NCBI GenBank assembly: GCA_965223845.1
Contig: CBDCXR010000004.1
Span: 4,512,001 to 4,576,000 of the forward strand
From: Planctomycetota bacterium
GTDB lineage: Bacteria; Planctomycetota; UBA8108; SXIK01
Direction of reading: 5' to 3'
DNA: 64,000 bases
A model generated the notes under the pieces. That model searched no databases. It worked only from the letters and a program-made list of their open reading frames with translations, and was not told where the DNA came from. Below are positions 53,960 through 64,000 of this stretch, in pieces. How positions within the stretch are numbered: position 1 is the first letter of the stretch; every line of letters begins with the position of its first letter. The position numbers and the translations under genes are program-made.

Positions 53960-56198
53960 TACCGCCACGCAAATCGAAAACCGCGGCCGCGAAATCTTTC
54001 GCGAGAATCGCGCTCACGTTTTCCGGCAAACCGATCGTCTCTTCGCCTACCTGATGCTCTTTCAGTGGGCCGCGGGAATCGTCTGCGCGCTATTGATCTC
54101 TCCGAAGACCTGGGTCGGCACGGAGAGCTCGACCCACGTTCACGTTCTCCTCGCCGTGTTCGGCGGAGGCCTCATCACCTCGCTCCCGGTCATTCTCGCA
54201 TTCCGCGCGCCCGCGCAGCCGCTCACCCGCCACACGATCGCGGTGGGACAGATGCTGACCTCAGCGCTCCTCATTCACCTCACCGGCGGGCGCATCGAAA
54301 CGCACTTTCACGTGTTCGGATCGCTCGCCATCCTCGCGTTCTATCTCGACATCAAGGTCTTGATCACGGCAACCGTCGTCATCGCCGTCGACCACCTCGT
54401 TCGCGGCGTCTTCTGGCCGCAGTCTGTGTTCGGGATCCTCACGTCCAGTCCTTGGCGCGCATTCGAGCACGCCGGCTGGGTGCTGTTCGAGAACACCTTC
54501 CTGACGATCTCCATCGTCCGGGGCGTCAGGGCCATGCGTTCGGTCGCGGAAAAGCGTGCCGAGCTCGAGATCACCAATCGCGTCGTCGAGGCGAAGGTTT
54601 GCGAACGTACGGTTCAGCTCCGCCACAGCATGAACCAGGCGGAAGAGGCGAACAAAGCCAAGTCGAATTTTCTCGCGAACATGAGCCACGAGATTCGAAC
54701 GCCGCTCAACAGCATCCTCGGCTTCGTCCACCTCCTCCGAGAAGGAGCCGATGACGGCGACAAGGAGACACGCGACGATTGGCTCCGCACAGTCGAGCGG
54801 AGCAGTCACCACCTCTCGAGTTTGATCAACGATATTCTCGACCTCTCCAAAATCGAAGCGGGCCGGCTCGAGGTCGAGCGCATCCCCTGCGCTCCGCACC
54901 AGATCTTCGCCGACGTCGCCTCGATCCTGCGCGTCCGCGCGGCAGAAAAGGGGATTCAGCTCGAGCTCTCCTACGAGTCGCCGCTCCCGAAGGTGATTCA
55001 CAGTGATCCGACGCGGCTCCGCCAGCTCCTCATGAACCTCGTCGGGAATGCGGTCAAGTTCACCGACACCGGCAGTGTCCGCATGAGCGCCGAGCTCGTC
55101 GACGTAGACGGCAAGCAACGCCTCCGCATCCGAATCATCGACAGCGGAGTCGGCATCGCCGCGGAGAAGCTCGAGAGGATCTTCGACCCGTTCGTCCAGG
55201 CCGACAACACGGTCACGCGCCAATTCGGCGGCACGGGACTCGGCCTCGCGATCACGAAGCACATCGCCGAGTCGCTCGGCGGCTCGATCCGCGTGACGAG
55301 CGAGGTCGGGAAGGGGAGCACGTTCGAGGTCGATATCGATCCGGGGGCGATCGATGACGTCGAGATGATCGACAATCCGACGACCGAGTCCGTCTGCGGT
55401 TCTTCCGCGCGGCGAAAAAAGGGAACGATCCGGATTCCGGGGTCCGTCCTTCTCGTCGAAGACGGCGAGGCGAACCGAAAAATGCTCGGACTCATCATGC
55501 GGCGGGCGGGAGCCACCGTCGTGACGGCGGAAAACGGCCAAATCGGAGTCGAGCTCGCATCGAACCAGCACTTCGACGTCATCGTGATGGACATGCAGAT
55601 GCCCGTCATGGATGGCTACACGGCGACGCGCACGCTCCGCGAAAACGGATTCACCGTCCCGATCATTGCGCTCACCGCGCACGCCATGCGGGGAGATGAG
55701 AAACGGTGCCTCGACGCCGGCTGCTCGAACTATCTCACGAAGCCCGTCGAGTCGGAAGATCTGCTCGCGGCGATCGCGAAGGCGTTCAACTCGGGCTCGA
55801 GCAGCGGGTCGTCCGATCCCAAGAACGAGTCGAAACGTCAGATAGAGGCGGGCATCGAGTCGAACGAAGCGATCGTCTGCGAGCTACCGATCGATGATCC
55901 CGAGATCCGCGAGATCGTCGGCGAGTTTCTCGATGAGCTCGATACGAATCTGAAGGCGATGCGAACGGCCTTCGATGAGGAGGATATCGAGGCCGTCGGG
56001 CGCGGGGCTCACTGGCTGAAGGGAAGTGGTGCCGTCCTAGGCTTCAGCGTCCTCAGCGAGGTCGCAGCGAAACTCCAGGATTACGCTCGCGAGGGAGACG
56101 TCGACGCGGTCGCTACCGGCCTCAAGTCCCTCGAATCTCTCTACTCGCGGATTTCGTGGAAGAAAGCCGAGCCCGCCGCGGAAACGAGCGAAGCGTAG
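53946..56198 (+). CDS. Hybrid sensor histidine kinase (multi-TM sensor, HisKA, HATPase, REC, Hpt)
   Basis: GGRIETHFHVF sensor; FLANMSHEIRTPL; NLVGNAVKFT, DSGVGI, GGTGLGL; VMDMQMP; AHWLKGS. Confidence 0.93.
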   Translation: MNEADTATQIENRGREIFRENRAHVFRQTDRLFAYLMLFQWAAGIVCALLISPKTWVGTESSTHVHVLLAVFGGGLITSLPVILAFRAPAQPLTRHTIAVGQMLTSALLIHLTGGRIETHFHVFGSLAILAFYLDIKVLITATVVIAVDHLVRGVFWPQSVFGILTSSPWRAFEHAGWVLFENTFLTISIVRGVRAMRSVAEKRAELEITNRVVEAKVCERTVQLRHSMNQAEEANKAKSNFLANMSHEIRTPLNSILGFVHLLREGADDGDKETRDDWLRTVERSSHHLSSLINDILDLSKIEAGRLEVERIPCAPHQIFADVASILRVRAAEKGIQLELSYESPLPKVIHSDPTRLRQLLMNLVGNAVKFTDTGSVRMSAELVDVDGKQRLRIRIIDSGVGIAAEKLERIFDPFVQADNTVTRQFGGTGLGLAITKHIAESLGGSIRVTSEVGKGSTFEVDIDPGAIDDVEMIDNPTTESVCGSSARRKKGTIRIPGSVLLVEDGEANRKMLGLIMRRAGATVVTAENGQIGVELASNQHFDVIVMDMQMPVMDGYTATRTLRENGFTVPIIALTAHAMRGDEKRCLDAGCSNYLTKPVESEDLLAAIAKAFNSGSSSGSSDPKNESKRQIEAGIESNEAIVCELPIDDPEIREIVGEFLDELDTNLKAMRTAFDEEDIEAVGRGAHWLKGSGAVLGFSVLSEVAAKLQDYAREGDVDAVATGLKSLESLYSRISWKKAEPAAETSEA

Positions 56199-56398
56199 AC
56201 TTTCTGCTCGCCTGTCGGCGCTTCGCCGAAACGCGTCGCGAATGCGATGGTCGACGCGGCCCGCCGCGAGTAGTCTGACTCGCGCGTCGGACGCCGGCAG
56301 AGACGGCGTCGCGCAGGATTCGACTCGCGACGCCGCCCTCACGGCAACGTGCACACCTGCCGGCGCCTGGCCCCGACGGAGCGGGAGGGACTTCGGAG

Positions 56399-57514
56399 AT
56401 GAGCGGTGTACGAATTCTCGTCGGCACGCGAAAAGGCGCGTTCATTCTGACGTCCGACGAGACGCGAGAGCAGTGGGACATCAACGGCCCCCTCTTCGCG
56501 GGTTGGGAGATCTATCACGTCAAGGGATCGCCGGCCGATCCGAACCGCCTCTACGCGTCTCAGTCGAGTAGCTGGTTCGGGCAGGTGATTCAGCGGTCGG
56601 ACGACGGCGGAGCGACCTGGGATCCCGTCGGAAACGAGTTCACCTACGATGGCGTACCCGGAACGCACCAGACGTTCGACGGCACGCAGCATCCGTGGGA
56701 GTTCGCCCGCGTGTGGCATCTCGAGCCATCACTCGACGATCCGGACACGGTGTTCGCGGGCGTCGAGGATGCGGCGCTCTTTCGGTCGCAGGACGGAGGT
56801 AAGACGTGGCGCGAGCTCGCCGGGCTGCGCAATCACGGCTCGGGTTCGTGTTGGCAGCCCGGCGCCGGAGGTATGTGCCTCCACACGATCGTTCTCGATC
56901 CCTCCGACGCGAAGCGAATGTTCGTCGCGATCTCGGTCGCCGGCGTCTTTCGCACGGACGACGGAGGCGAGTCCTGGAACCCGATGAACCGCGGGCTCAA
57001 GTCCGGTGAGATTCCGGATCCCACGGCTGAGGTCGGACACTGCGTGCATCGCATCGCCATCCACCCGACGCGCCCCAATGTCCTTTTCATGCAGAAGCAC
57101 TGGGATGTGATGCGAAGCGACAACGCCGGCGACTCATGGCGCGAAGTGAGCGGAAATCTCCCGAGCGACTTCGGGTTTCCGATCGATGTGCACGCCCACG
57201 AGCCGGAGACGATCTACGTCGTTCCCATCAAGAGCGACTCCGAGCACTATCCGCCCGACGGCAAGCTGAGGGTCTACCGAAGTCGAACCGGCGGGGACGA
57301 CTGGGAGGCGCTCTCGAACGGGCTCCCACAGAGCGATTGCTACGTGAACGTGCTTCGCGAGTCGATGGCGGTCGACTCGCTGCCCTCATGCGGCGTGTAC
57401 TTCGGAACGACCGGCGGACAGCTCTACGTCTCTCCGGACGGAGGGGATTCGTGGCGGTCGATCGTGCGAGATTTTCCCGCGATTCTATCGGTCGAAGTGC
57501 AGACACTTTCGTGA
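56399..57514 (+). CDS. BNR/Asp-box beta-propeller (sialidase-like) protein
   Basis: Repeated SxDGGxTW Asp boxes; LVGTRKGAF; no signal peptide. Confidence 0.88.
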   Translation: MSGVRILVGTRKGAFILTSDETREQWDINGPLFAGWEIYHVKGSPADPNRLYASQSSSWFGQVIQRSDDGGATWDPVGNEFTYDGVPGTHQTFDGTQHPWEFARVWHLEPSLDDPDTVFAGVEDAALFRSQDGGKTWRELAGLRNHGSGSCWQPGAGGMCLHTIVLDPSDAKRMFVAISVAGVFRTDDGGESWNPMNRGLKSGEIPDPTAEVGHCVHRIAIHPTRPNVLFMQKHWDVMRSDNAGDSWREVSGNLPSDFGFPIDVHAHEPETIYVVPIKSDSEHYPPDGKLRVYRSRTGGDDWEALSNGLPQSDCYVNVLRESMAVDSLPSCGVYFGTTGGQLYVSPDGGDSWRSIVRDFPAILSVEVQTLS

Positions 57515-57807
57515 TCCGCGTCGTGCTCCCCGCGCACCTCCGCACGCTCGCGCGCGTCTCCGGAGAGATCGAGGTCGAGGTCGCACCTCCGGTGACGCTC
57601 GCGGCGGTCGTCGCGGCGGTCGAGGATCGGTTTCCTACGCTCCGCGGCACGATCCGCGACCACGCGACGAAGAAGCGCCGCGCCTACGTCCGCTATTTCG
57701 TGTGCGGCGAGGACGTTTCCCACGCGCCGCCCGAAACTCGCGTCCCGCCCGCGGTCGTCAACGGCGAAGAACCGTTCCTCATCCTCGGAGCGATGTCCGG
57801 CGGTTGA
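57511..57807 (+). CDS. MoaD/ThiS family ubiquitin-like protein
   Basis: GTGA overlap with the propeller stop; [10 protein letters not shown]...[10 protein letters not shown]...GAMSGG with C-terminal Gly-Gly. Confidence 0.88.
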   Translation: MIRVVLPAHLRTLARVSGEIEVEVAPPVTLAAVVAAVEDRFPTLRGTIRDHATKKRRAYVRYFVCGEDVSHAPPETRVPPAVVNGEEPFLILGAMSGG

Positions 57808-57944
57808 TCACCCGGTCGAGCCGCGCGCGGACTCCGTCCGCGACTGGCGGAGCGAACTCGACTGATCGGCGCTCGGATCGGCGCTACAATGATCCGAGAC
57901 AAGGTCGCAGAGGGGTTCGCCCCGAGGACTCGGAGGGATCTCAC

Positions 57945-59258
57945 GTGCGAAGTTTCAGCTGCATTCTCGTCGTATTCGTGGTCGCGCAAGGGGCGCTCGC
58001 GGCGCCGAAGAACGAAGTCTACCGGCGCGACGTCGAGTACGCGCTCGCGCAGATCGAGGAAAAATGCGGGCACTTCTTCAAAGAGAAGAAGATCGACTGG
58101 AAGAAGGTCTCGCGGCAGTTTCGAAAGGAAGTTCAGAGCGTCAAATCGGATCAAGACCATCTCGTGCTCCTCGTTCGACTCCTCGCGCGGCTCGAAGACG
58201 GCCACGCGGCGGTACGTCCGCTCGAAAGAGGAAAGCGCGTACGCTGGCCGAACGATGGCTCGGCCAATCGCACCGGGCCGGGCATGTTCTGGTGCCGGAG
58301 CGGGAAGAAGATTCTAGTCAAGAACAGTTGGTCGGCCGCGGAGAAGGCGGGGATCCGTCCGGGCATGGAGATCCTCGCGGTAAATCGTATTCCGGCCGCG
58401 AAATGGCTCGCGAAGCGCGTCGAGGACCTCTCCGACAAGATCAGCTTCTCGACGGACCATCAGGCGTTCTTTTACGCGTGCCATTGGGGGCTCGCCGATG
58501 CACCCGGAACGCGTCTGCGCCTCACCGTAAGGAACGCGAAGGGTCGTCGCGGCGCGGCCACGATCGTGTACGCGAAAGCGAATCCGGTGCCGTCCGGACC
58601 GGCATTTCCACCCGAAGGATTGACGAGCGCGAACGACATCTACTACGGGACGACGAAGGCCGGTTGGGGATACATCCACGTTAGACGTTGCCCCGGCAAC
58701 CTCCCCGAGTTGACCGATCAAGCGCTCGCGACGCTCGGAAACGTACCCGGCCTCATCCTCGACTTTCGCGGCAATTCAGGCGGTGGCTTCGATCACGACG
58801 GATTCCTCGGGCGGTTCATTCCCGAAGGAAAGTCGATCCGGTTCGGGAAGCGATACCGGAGCGCCGGTCCGAATCCCTACGGCGGTCCGATCGTCGTGAT
58901 TATCGATGCAACGGTTCGGAGCGCGGGCGAAACAGCCGCAGGGATCTTCAAGGAGGATGGCCGCGGCTACATGATCGGCGAAAGCCCGACGGCAGGTATG
59001 TCATCGAGCAAGACGACGATTCCGCTTCCTTCCGAACTGTTCGAGCTCTACGTCTCCGTCCACTCGAACAAGAAGAGGTTCAACCGCGGTCGCGGCATCG
59101 AAGGGATCGGCGTGCTCCCGCACGAGGAAGTTGCGTTCCAAGCGAAAGATCTCGCCGCGGGCGTCGACACGTTGATTCGGAGGGCAGAGGCGATTCTCGC
59201 GAAGTTTCCGCAGTCGAGAGTGCCGTACAATCCGGCTCGCTTCGGTTGGTCGAAGTGA
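57945..59258 (+). CDS. S41 family peptidase (secreted, PDZ-like)
   Basis: LEDGHA, GLILDFRGNSGGG, SAGE, IGESPTAG, IEGIGVLP; GTG start with GGAGG RBS. Confidence 0.87.
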   Translation: MRSFSCILVVFVVAQGALAAPKNEVYRRDVEYALAQIEEKCGHFFKEKKIDWKKVSRQFRKEVQSVKSDQDHLVLLVRLLARLEDGHAAVRPLERGKRVRWPNDGSANRTGPGMFWCRSGKKILVKNSWSAAEKAGIRPGMEILAVNRIPAAKWLAKRVEDLSDKISFSTDHQAFFYACHWGLADAPGTRLRLTVRNAKGRRGAATIVYAKANPVPSGPAFPPEGLTSANDIYYGTTKAGWGYIHVRRCPGNLPELTDQALATLGNVPGLILDFRGNSGGGFDHDGFLGRFIPEGKSIRFGKRYRSAGPNPYGGPIVVIIDATVRSAGETAAGIFKEDGRGYMIGESPTAGMSSSKTTIPLPSELFELYVSVHSNKKRFNRGRGIEGIGVLPHEEVAFQAKDLAAGVDTLIRRAEAILAKFPQSRVPYNPARFGWSK

Positions 59259-59317
59259 GCGCGCGCAGGTATTCGCTTCGGCCTCTGGCATTTCCTTCGT
59301 TCTCCGCACGGGCGTTC

Positions 59318-60268
59318 TCACGCGCGAACCACGGGGAGCTGTATCCAGATCTCGAAGTTCTCCGTCCCGTGAGCGAACGGCCGGCCCATCCATGCTTCGA
59401 AACTCGGATGCCGGTCCGGCACGTATCCGCTCCGCGGTAGCCAGGTTCCGTACAACCAGTCGAGGGCGCGCAGTTCGAGATCGATTCCGCCACGCACGGG
59501 GACTTCCGCTACGAACATCGCGGGGAACTCAAATCGCCCGATTTCGCCGTCGGGTCGACACTCAGCCGTTTGCCCGGAAACCTCGATGGCGACATCGTAG
59601 CGGCAATCTTCGAGCGCCGTGATCGTCGGATCGTCCCACATGTACCCGAGCCACTGGTTATCGGCAGCGCCGCGCGCCTCGGCCCAAGCGATCAAGCGCT
59701 CCGTCGCTTTCTCGACCGCACCCGGTCGGTACGAATCGGAAACGCGGATGTAGGCGACCGTTCGAGCCGGAACCTGGCGCAACTCGACGGCGAAACCGTC
59801 GGGGTTTTCTCCCAAAGGCACGCGATCCAAACGATGGGCGCCGAACTGGCCACGGGCGATCGCGGCCAGCTCCGCGCGCCTCGTTTCCCGTAGCGCGGTC
59901 CCGTCGAAGACGTTCGGCGGAACACCGAAGCGCTTTTTGAAACGGCGCGAGAAATCGGACGAAGACGAGAAACCGCAAGCGAACGCGATTTCTGTCAGCG
60001 TTCGATTCGGCTGATGGGTGCGCATGGCGAGTGCGCGCTCGAGTCGAACCCGCCCGACGAACTCGTTGAGCGTTTCGCCCATGAGCGACTTGAAGATGCG
60101 GTGGAAGTGAAACGGCGAGAACACGGCGATTTCGGCCGCAGTCTCGAGGTCGATGGGCTCGTCGAGGTGCGCGACGACGTGGTCGATCACTCGGTTCACA
60201 CGCTCGCGATAATCGTGAGAGAGGTTGTCGCCGTTCGCGCCGGCAGAATCGTCGCTTGTAGATCGCAA
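59318..60268 (-). CDS. AraC family regulator with GyrI-like ligand-binding domain
   Basis: FSPFHFHRIF, IAFACGFSSSSDFSRRFK; DDPTIT...CRYD, WLYGTWLPRSGY. Confidence 0.92.
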   Translation of the reverse strand: MRSTSDDSAGANGDNLSHDYRERVNRVIDHVVAHLDEPIDLETAAEIAVFSPFHFHRIFKSLMGETLNEFVGRVRLERALAMRTHQPNRTLTEIAFACGFSSSSDFSRRFKKRFGVPPNVFDGTALRETRRAELAAIARGQFGAHRLDRVPLGENPDGFAVELRQVPARTVAYIRVSDSYRPGAVEKATERLIAWAEARGAADNQWLGYMWDDPTITALEDCRYDVAIEVSGQTAECRPDGEIGRFEFPAMFVAEVPVRGGIDLELRALDWLYGTWLPRSGYVPDRHPSFEAWMGRPFAHGTENFEIWIQLPVVRA

Positions 60269-60377
60269 GATATGTCAAGCAGCCCGACTCGGGCTGGTGT
60301 AGCGTGCTCGAGTGATTTCTGGATTCGAATCCGCAGTCGACGCCGTCAATCCCTCAACCGTTCGGAGAACATCGAAT

Positions 60378-60749
60378 ATGGACCTCGGAAACTTCTCTGT
60401 CAGCTTGGCCGTCAAGGATCTCGCCGGCTCTCGTGAGTTTTACGAGAAGCTGGGGTTTTCGATGGTCGGAGGAGACCCCGAACAGAACTGGATCATCCTT
60501 CGCAACGGTCACGCCATCGTCGGTCTCTTCGAGGGCATGTTCGAAAACAACATCATGACATTCAATCCGGGTTGGTCCCGAGACGGCGATCATCCGAGTT
60601 CTTTCACGGACATTCGCGAGATTCAGAAGCAGCTAAAGGAGAGCGGCCTGAAACCTACTCCCGAGGCTGACGAGTCTACGACGGGGCCGGCGCACTTCAT
60701 GATCACCGATCCGGACGGAAACACGATTCTCTTCGATCAGCACCGTTGA
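60378..60749 (+). CDS. VOC (glyoxalase/bleomycin resistance) family protein
   Basis: SLAVKDL..SREFYEKLGF, DPDGNTILFDQ. Confidence 0.9.
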   Translation: MDLGNFSVSLAVKDLAGSREFYEKLGFSMVGGDPEQNWIILRNGHAIVGLFEGMFENNIMTFNPGWSRDGDHPSSFTDIREIQKQLKESGLKPTPEADESTTGPAHFMITDPDGNTILFDQHR

Positions 60750-60795
60750 GCGGGAAATCGTAGCGCGGAGCGATCGCCGCGACCGAGTCGGGGCC

Positions 60796-62355
60796 TCAGC
60801 GGGCGTCGTTCGCCTTCTTGTCGTTCCGCGCGCCCTGGTTTCGGCGGCTTTTCTTCGCGTTTTTTTCGTTCTGTTTGTTGGCGGCCTCCTCGGCCTTCCA
60901 AGCGGGCAGCTCGCGAATGCGGTCGTACTCTGGATTTACGCACTTGTCGCGCCACCGCTTCAGACAGGCGAGCAGGGCGGCGTCGGATTCCGGGTATTGG
61001 CCCTTGTCGTCCGTGTCTTTCATCCAATTCGCGAGCAGCCTCCGGTGTCTCTCGAGCGCATCGCGATGCTTCGGGTTGTTCGCGAGATTGTTGATTTCGT
61101 GTGGATCGTTCGAAAGGTCGTACAACTCCTCTGCCGGCTTCTCATCACCGAAGAAGAGTTTCTGCGCACCTTTCATCTCGCCCGCAGCCATCATGCGGCG
61201 AAACTCCTTCGACACTGGCCAAGGATCCTTGTAGCTGGGCTGCATGTAGGGACGGTCGGTCAAGAAGTTCCGCAGGTACTTGTAGCGCGGAGTGACGATC
61301 GCGCGTATGTGCTCGATCGTGTAGTCGCACCGGTCTCGAGCCGCCACGACGAACTCTCGCGGCGTGTGGCTCTCGTCAAAGATATTTCGCCCTTCTACGT
61401 GGGCGGGAACTTCGACACCCGCCATCGCCAACGAGGTCGGACCGATGTCGATACCGCTGATGAGATCGCTGCGCACCTGATCTACGGGCACTCCAGGTCC
61501 TGCGGCGATGAGCGCCATGCGAATCCCGCCCTCGTAGAGGAACTGCTTGTCCCGATGCAGCTTGTACCCGTGATCCGAGAGCAAGATGACGAGGGTCGAT
61601 GCGAGCAATCCGTCGCGCTCGAGCTGTGCGATGATTCTCCCGACCTGCTCATCGGTCCATCGGATGCAGTCGTAGTGGTGGGCGATCTCTTTGCGGACGA
61701 GAGGAATGTCAGGGTAGTAGGGCGGCACGGAAACCGACTTCGGGTCGACGCGTTCATTCGCGGGAAACGGAGGACGATCCTTGCCGCCGCGAAGCTGGAT
61801 CTGGCCGAAGAACGGTTTGTCCTTCGGGCACTTCGCCCACTCGTCACCCTGAAAGTTCATTCGTCCGTAGCTGTTGTAGAGAGCGTCCTTCGACCAACGA
61901 AAGTTGTAGTCGTCTTTGCCATCGTTGAACGTATAGAAGCCGGCCGCGCGAAAATACTCGGGGATCGTTTTGATGCCGCCGGGCAGATCGTGGGCGTCGA
62001 CGTGACTACCGACACGAACGTTTCGATGACTTCGATGCTGATGCGCTCCGATCGACGTCTGCATCATCCCGGTCACGATGCTCGAGCGCGTCGCGGAACA
62101 CACGCCCGCCGGCGTGTAGAAGCGGTCGAAGCGGACCCCCGACTTGGCCAGGCGGTCGATATTCGGCGTATGGGCGCGCTCGTCGCCGTAGCAGCCGAAC
62201 CAACGACTCACGTCCTCGAGATAGATCCAGAGAACGTTGGTCGGCTTCTTCGGACTCGCCGCAGCGTCGGCGGTGAACGTCAGTACGAGAATCGAGACCA
62301 CCGCGTTCGAAACGGCGACCCACACCAGGCGCTTTGAAGAGGGTTCGTGTGTCAT
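60796..62355 (-). CDS. Sulfatase (S1 family)
   Basis: PTNVLWIYLED, TPNIDRLA, CSATRSSIVTG (CxAxR), SDHG, EELYDLSNDPHE; signal peptide. Confidence 0.92.
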   Translation of the reverse strand: MTHEPSSKRLVWVAVSNAVVSILVLTFTADAAASPKKPTNVLWIYLEDVSRWFGCYGDERAHTPNIDRLAKSGVRFDRFYTPAGVCSATRSSIVTGMMQTSIGAHQHRSHRNVRVGSHVDAHDLPGGIKTIPEYFRAAGFYTFNDGKDDYNFRWSKDALYNSYGRMNFQGDEWAKCPKDKPFFGQIQLRGGKDRPPFPANERVDPKSVSVPPYYPDIPLVRKEIAHHYDCIRWTDEQVGRIIAQLERDGLLASTLVILLSDHGYKLHRDKQFLYEGGIRMALIAAGPGVPVDQVRSDLISGIDIGPTSLAMAGVEVPAHVEGRNIFDESHTPREFVVAARDRCDYTIEHIRAIVTPRYKYLRNFLTDRPYMQPSYKDPWPVSKEFRRMMAAGEMKGAQKLFFGDEKPAEELYDLSNDPHEINNLANNPKHRDALERHRRLLANWMKDTDDKGQYPESDAALLACLKRWRDKCVNPEYDRIRELPAWKAEEAANKQNEKNAKKSRRNQGARNDKKANDAR

Positions 62356-62414
62356 GGTCAGAGTGTACGACGGCGGTTGAAGAAAGGAGGGCGGAGGATT
62401 CGCGACATTCTTCT

Positions 62415-63809
62415 TTAGTCGAGCACGCCCCGAACCACCTCACCGTGAACGTCCGTGAGACGGAAATCGCGGCCACTGTGGCGGAAGGTGAGACGCTCGT
62501 GGTCGATACCGAGCAAGTAGAGGATCGTCGCGTGGAGATCGTGAATGTGAACCTTGTCGCGCGTTGCGAAGTAACCGTATTCGTCGGTCTCCCCGTAGCG
62601 GATCCCCGGCTTGAATCCACCACCCGCAGCCCAAACGGTGTACCCGAACGGATTGTGGTCACGCCCGTCCGCGCCTTGAGCGTTCGGTGTGCGACCGAAT
62701 TCACCGCCCCAGAGAACGATCGTCTCATCCAGTAGGCCTCGGCTTGCGAGGTCGCGAAGAAGACCGGCGACGGCGCGGTCGGTCGCGAGGGCGTTGCGCC
62801 GGTGTCCATCCTCGAGCTTTCCGTGCTGGTCCCAGCGATCCGCCTTCACGCGAGGCGCGAGAACCTCGACGAAGCGAACTCCACTCTCGACGAGCCGCCG
62901 TGCGAGCAGACAACGCGATCCAAAGAGCTCCGTCGATTTGCGATCGATGCCGTAGAGTCGCTTCGTCGCCGCAGACTCTCCGCTCAAATCGACGAGCGAC
63001 GGAACGGCGCTCTGCATGCGAAACGCGCGCTCATAGCTCTCGATGAGAGCATCGACGCGCGAGTCGCTCGAGCTTGCGGCGGACGCTCGCTGGAGCGCTC
63101 GTATCGCGTCGATTTTTCCGCGCTGAGCGCCGGGGGCTGCTTCGAGCGGCTCGATGTACTCGATCGGTGCATCGTGCCGCGTAAAGAGCGTGCCGCGGGT
63201 AGACGTCGGAAGAAACCCGTTCCCCCAGGTCGGCGAACCCGCGGACGGCCCCTGTCCGCAGTCGAGGACGACGAAGGCCGGGAGGTCGTCGTTCGCACTC
63301 CCAAGGCCGTAACTCAGCCACGAGCCGATACTCGGCTTCCCGGCCATCGCGTAGCCCGTGTGCGAGATCAAGCACGCCGACGAGTGATTCGAGATGCCGT
63401 GGTGCATCGATCGAATGATGGCGAGTTCGTCAACGCACTCCGCGACGTGAGGGAAGATCTCGCTCACCCATGCACCGCTCTCCCCGTATCGATCGAATCG
63501 AAACGGGGAGCGAAAGATCTTCTTCCCGATATTGAAAACGGTGTTCGGCACATCGAACGGGATCGGCTTCCCGTGATCGCGGTCGAGACGCGGCTTCGGA
63601 TCGAAGGTATCGATCTGGCTCGGCCCCCCTTCCATATAGAGGTAGATCACGGATCGAGCCCGCGGAGCGACGTGCACCGACGCCCGCGACTCGCGGGCGA
63701 GGAGAGCCGTGAGTGCGAGCGAACCGAAGCCGTTCGTCGCGCGATGGAGCATCTCCCGGCGCGAATAGTGCCGTGCGGCGCAGAAGTCGGTCGTCGTCGA
63801 TCGAGCCAT
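62415..63809 (-). CDS. DUF1501 domain protein (Tat signal)
   Basis: SRREML; MEGGPSQIDTFDPKP, CLLARRLVESGVRFVE, WGGEFGRTP, GRDHN, DLHATIL, FRLTDVHG. Confidence 0.93.
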   Translation of the reverse strand: MARSTTTDFCAARHYSRREMLHRATNGFGSLALTALLARESRASVHVAPRARSVIYLYMEGGPSQIDTFDPKPRLDRDHGKPIPFDVPNTVFNIGKKIFRSPFRFDRYGESGAWVSEIFPHVAECVDELAIIRSMHHGISNHSSACLISHTGYAMAGKPSIGSWLSYGLGSANDDLPAFVVLDCGQGPSAGSPTWGNGFLPTSTRGTLFTRHDAPIEYIEPLEAAPGAQRGKIDAIRALQRASAASSSDSRVDALIESYERAFRMQSAVPSLVDLSGESAATKRLYGIDRKSTELFGSRCLLARRLVESGVRFVEVLAPRVKADRWDQHGKLEDGHRRNALATDRAVAGLLRDLASRGLLDETIVLWGGEFGRTPNAQGADGRDHNPFGYTVWAAGGGFKPGIRYGETDEYGYFATRDKVHIHDLHATILYLLGIDHERLTFRHSGRDFRLTDVHGEVVRGVLD

Positions 63810-64000
63810 CAGCGAAGAATCAGAAATTCTGTCGAATTGAAGAGGACGTGCGCGACGTCGGCCCACGCGCTCGCTTCGGCGCCCGTTCCGTGTACGTGCC
63901 GTCGATCGCTTAGAAACGAACCGAGGATGTCGAGCTCCACCGGGCTCGGATCGCGCGTCAACGCGGCTCGAAACATCTGCCCGAGTCGAGCGTCGTCGCT
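63809..64000 (-). CDS. DUF1553 (PSD1) / planctomycete cytochrome c protein, C-terminal end only
   Basis: Hand translation ...LTRDPSPVE...AWADVAHVLFNSTEFLILR*; TGATG overlap with the DUF1501 gene, its usual partner. Confidence 0.85.
   Translation of the reverse strand, partial: SDDARLGQMFRAALTRDPSPVELDILGSFLSDRRHVHGTGAEASAWADVAHVLFNSTEFLILR

Noticed and set aside
56200-56345. GC-rich hairpins after the histidine kinase as REP/MITE or sRNA
   Set aside because: No second copy in the window, no terminal repeats or target duplication; such stems arise by chance at this GC content.
57136-57510. N-terminal extension of the MoaD-like ORF (223 aa)
   Set aside because: Overlaps the propeller gene in another frame; the true start is GTG 57511.
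1-64000. High frequency of TCGA/CGATCG words (HIP1-like)
   Set aside because: Largely explainable by CTC/GTC/ATC + GAN codon pairs; a Markov-model enrichment test is needed, which I cannot run.

Overview
GC-rich bacterial window, almost certainly Planctomycetota (DUF1501/DUF1553 pair, 'FRRGDxNxDG' dockerin-like modules, ASPIC/UnbV, CotH-lamin-tail protein, serpin). About 37 CDS are supported. I found no rRNA, tRNA, CRISPR array or mobile element. Most of the content is planctomycete accessory material: Gfo/Idh/MocA oxidoreductases with an MFS transporter, hydrolases, a sulfatase, PhoX, an RND permease and two ECF sigma systems. Three loci stand out. (1) An ECF sigma factor is translationally coupled to a membrane anti-sigma/FecR-like protein whose outer domain is a complete serpin with an inhibitory-type hinge. 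This is a candidate protease-sensing signalling system, and the gene may also have an internal start for a free serpin. (2) Two tandem secreted dockerin-cohesin-cohesin-dockerin paralogues lie divergent from a 1590-aa pseudokinase-ATPase-TPR-sigma54 activator, with two back-to-back -24/-12 promoter matches between them. (3) A ~2900-aa secreted protein carries a sugar-dehydrogenase/diheme-cytochrome/PA14 head on a stalk of 17 MBG-like repeats, which include a recent 1080-bp five-unit duplication. All calls come from reading motifs by eye; no searches were run.
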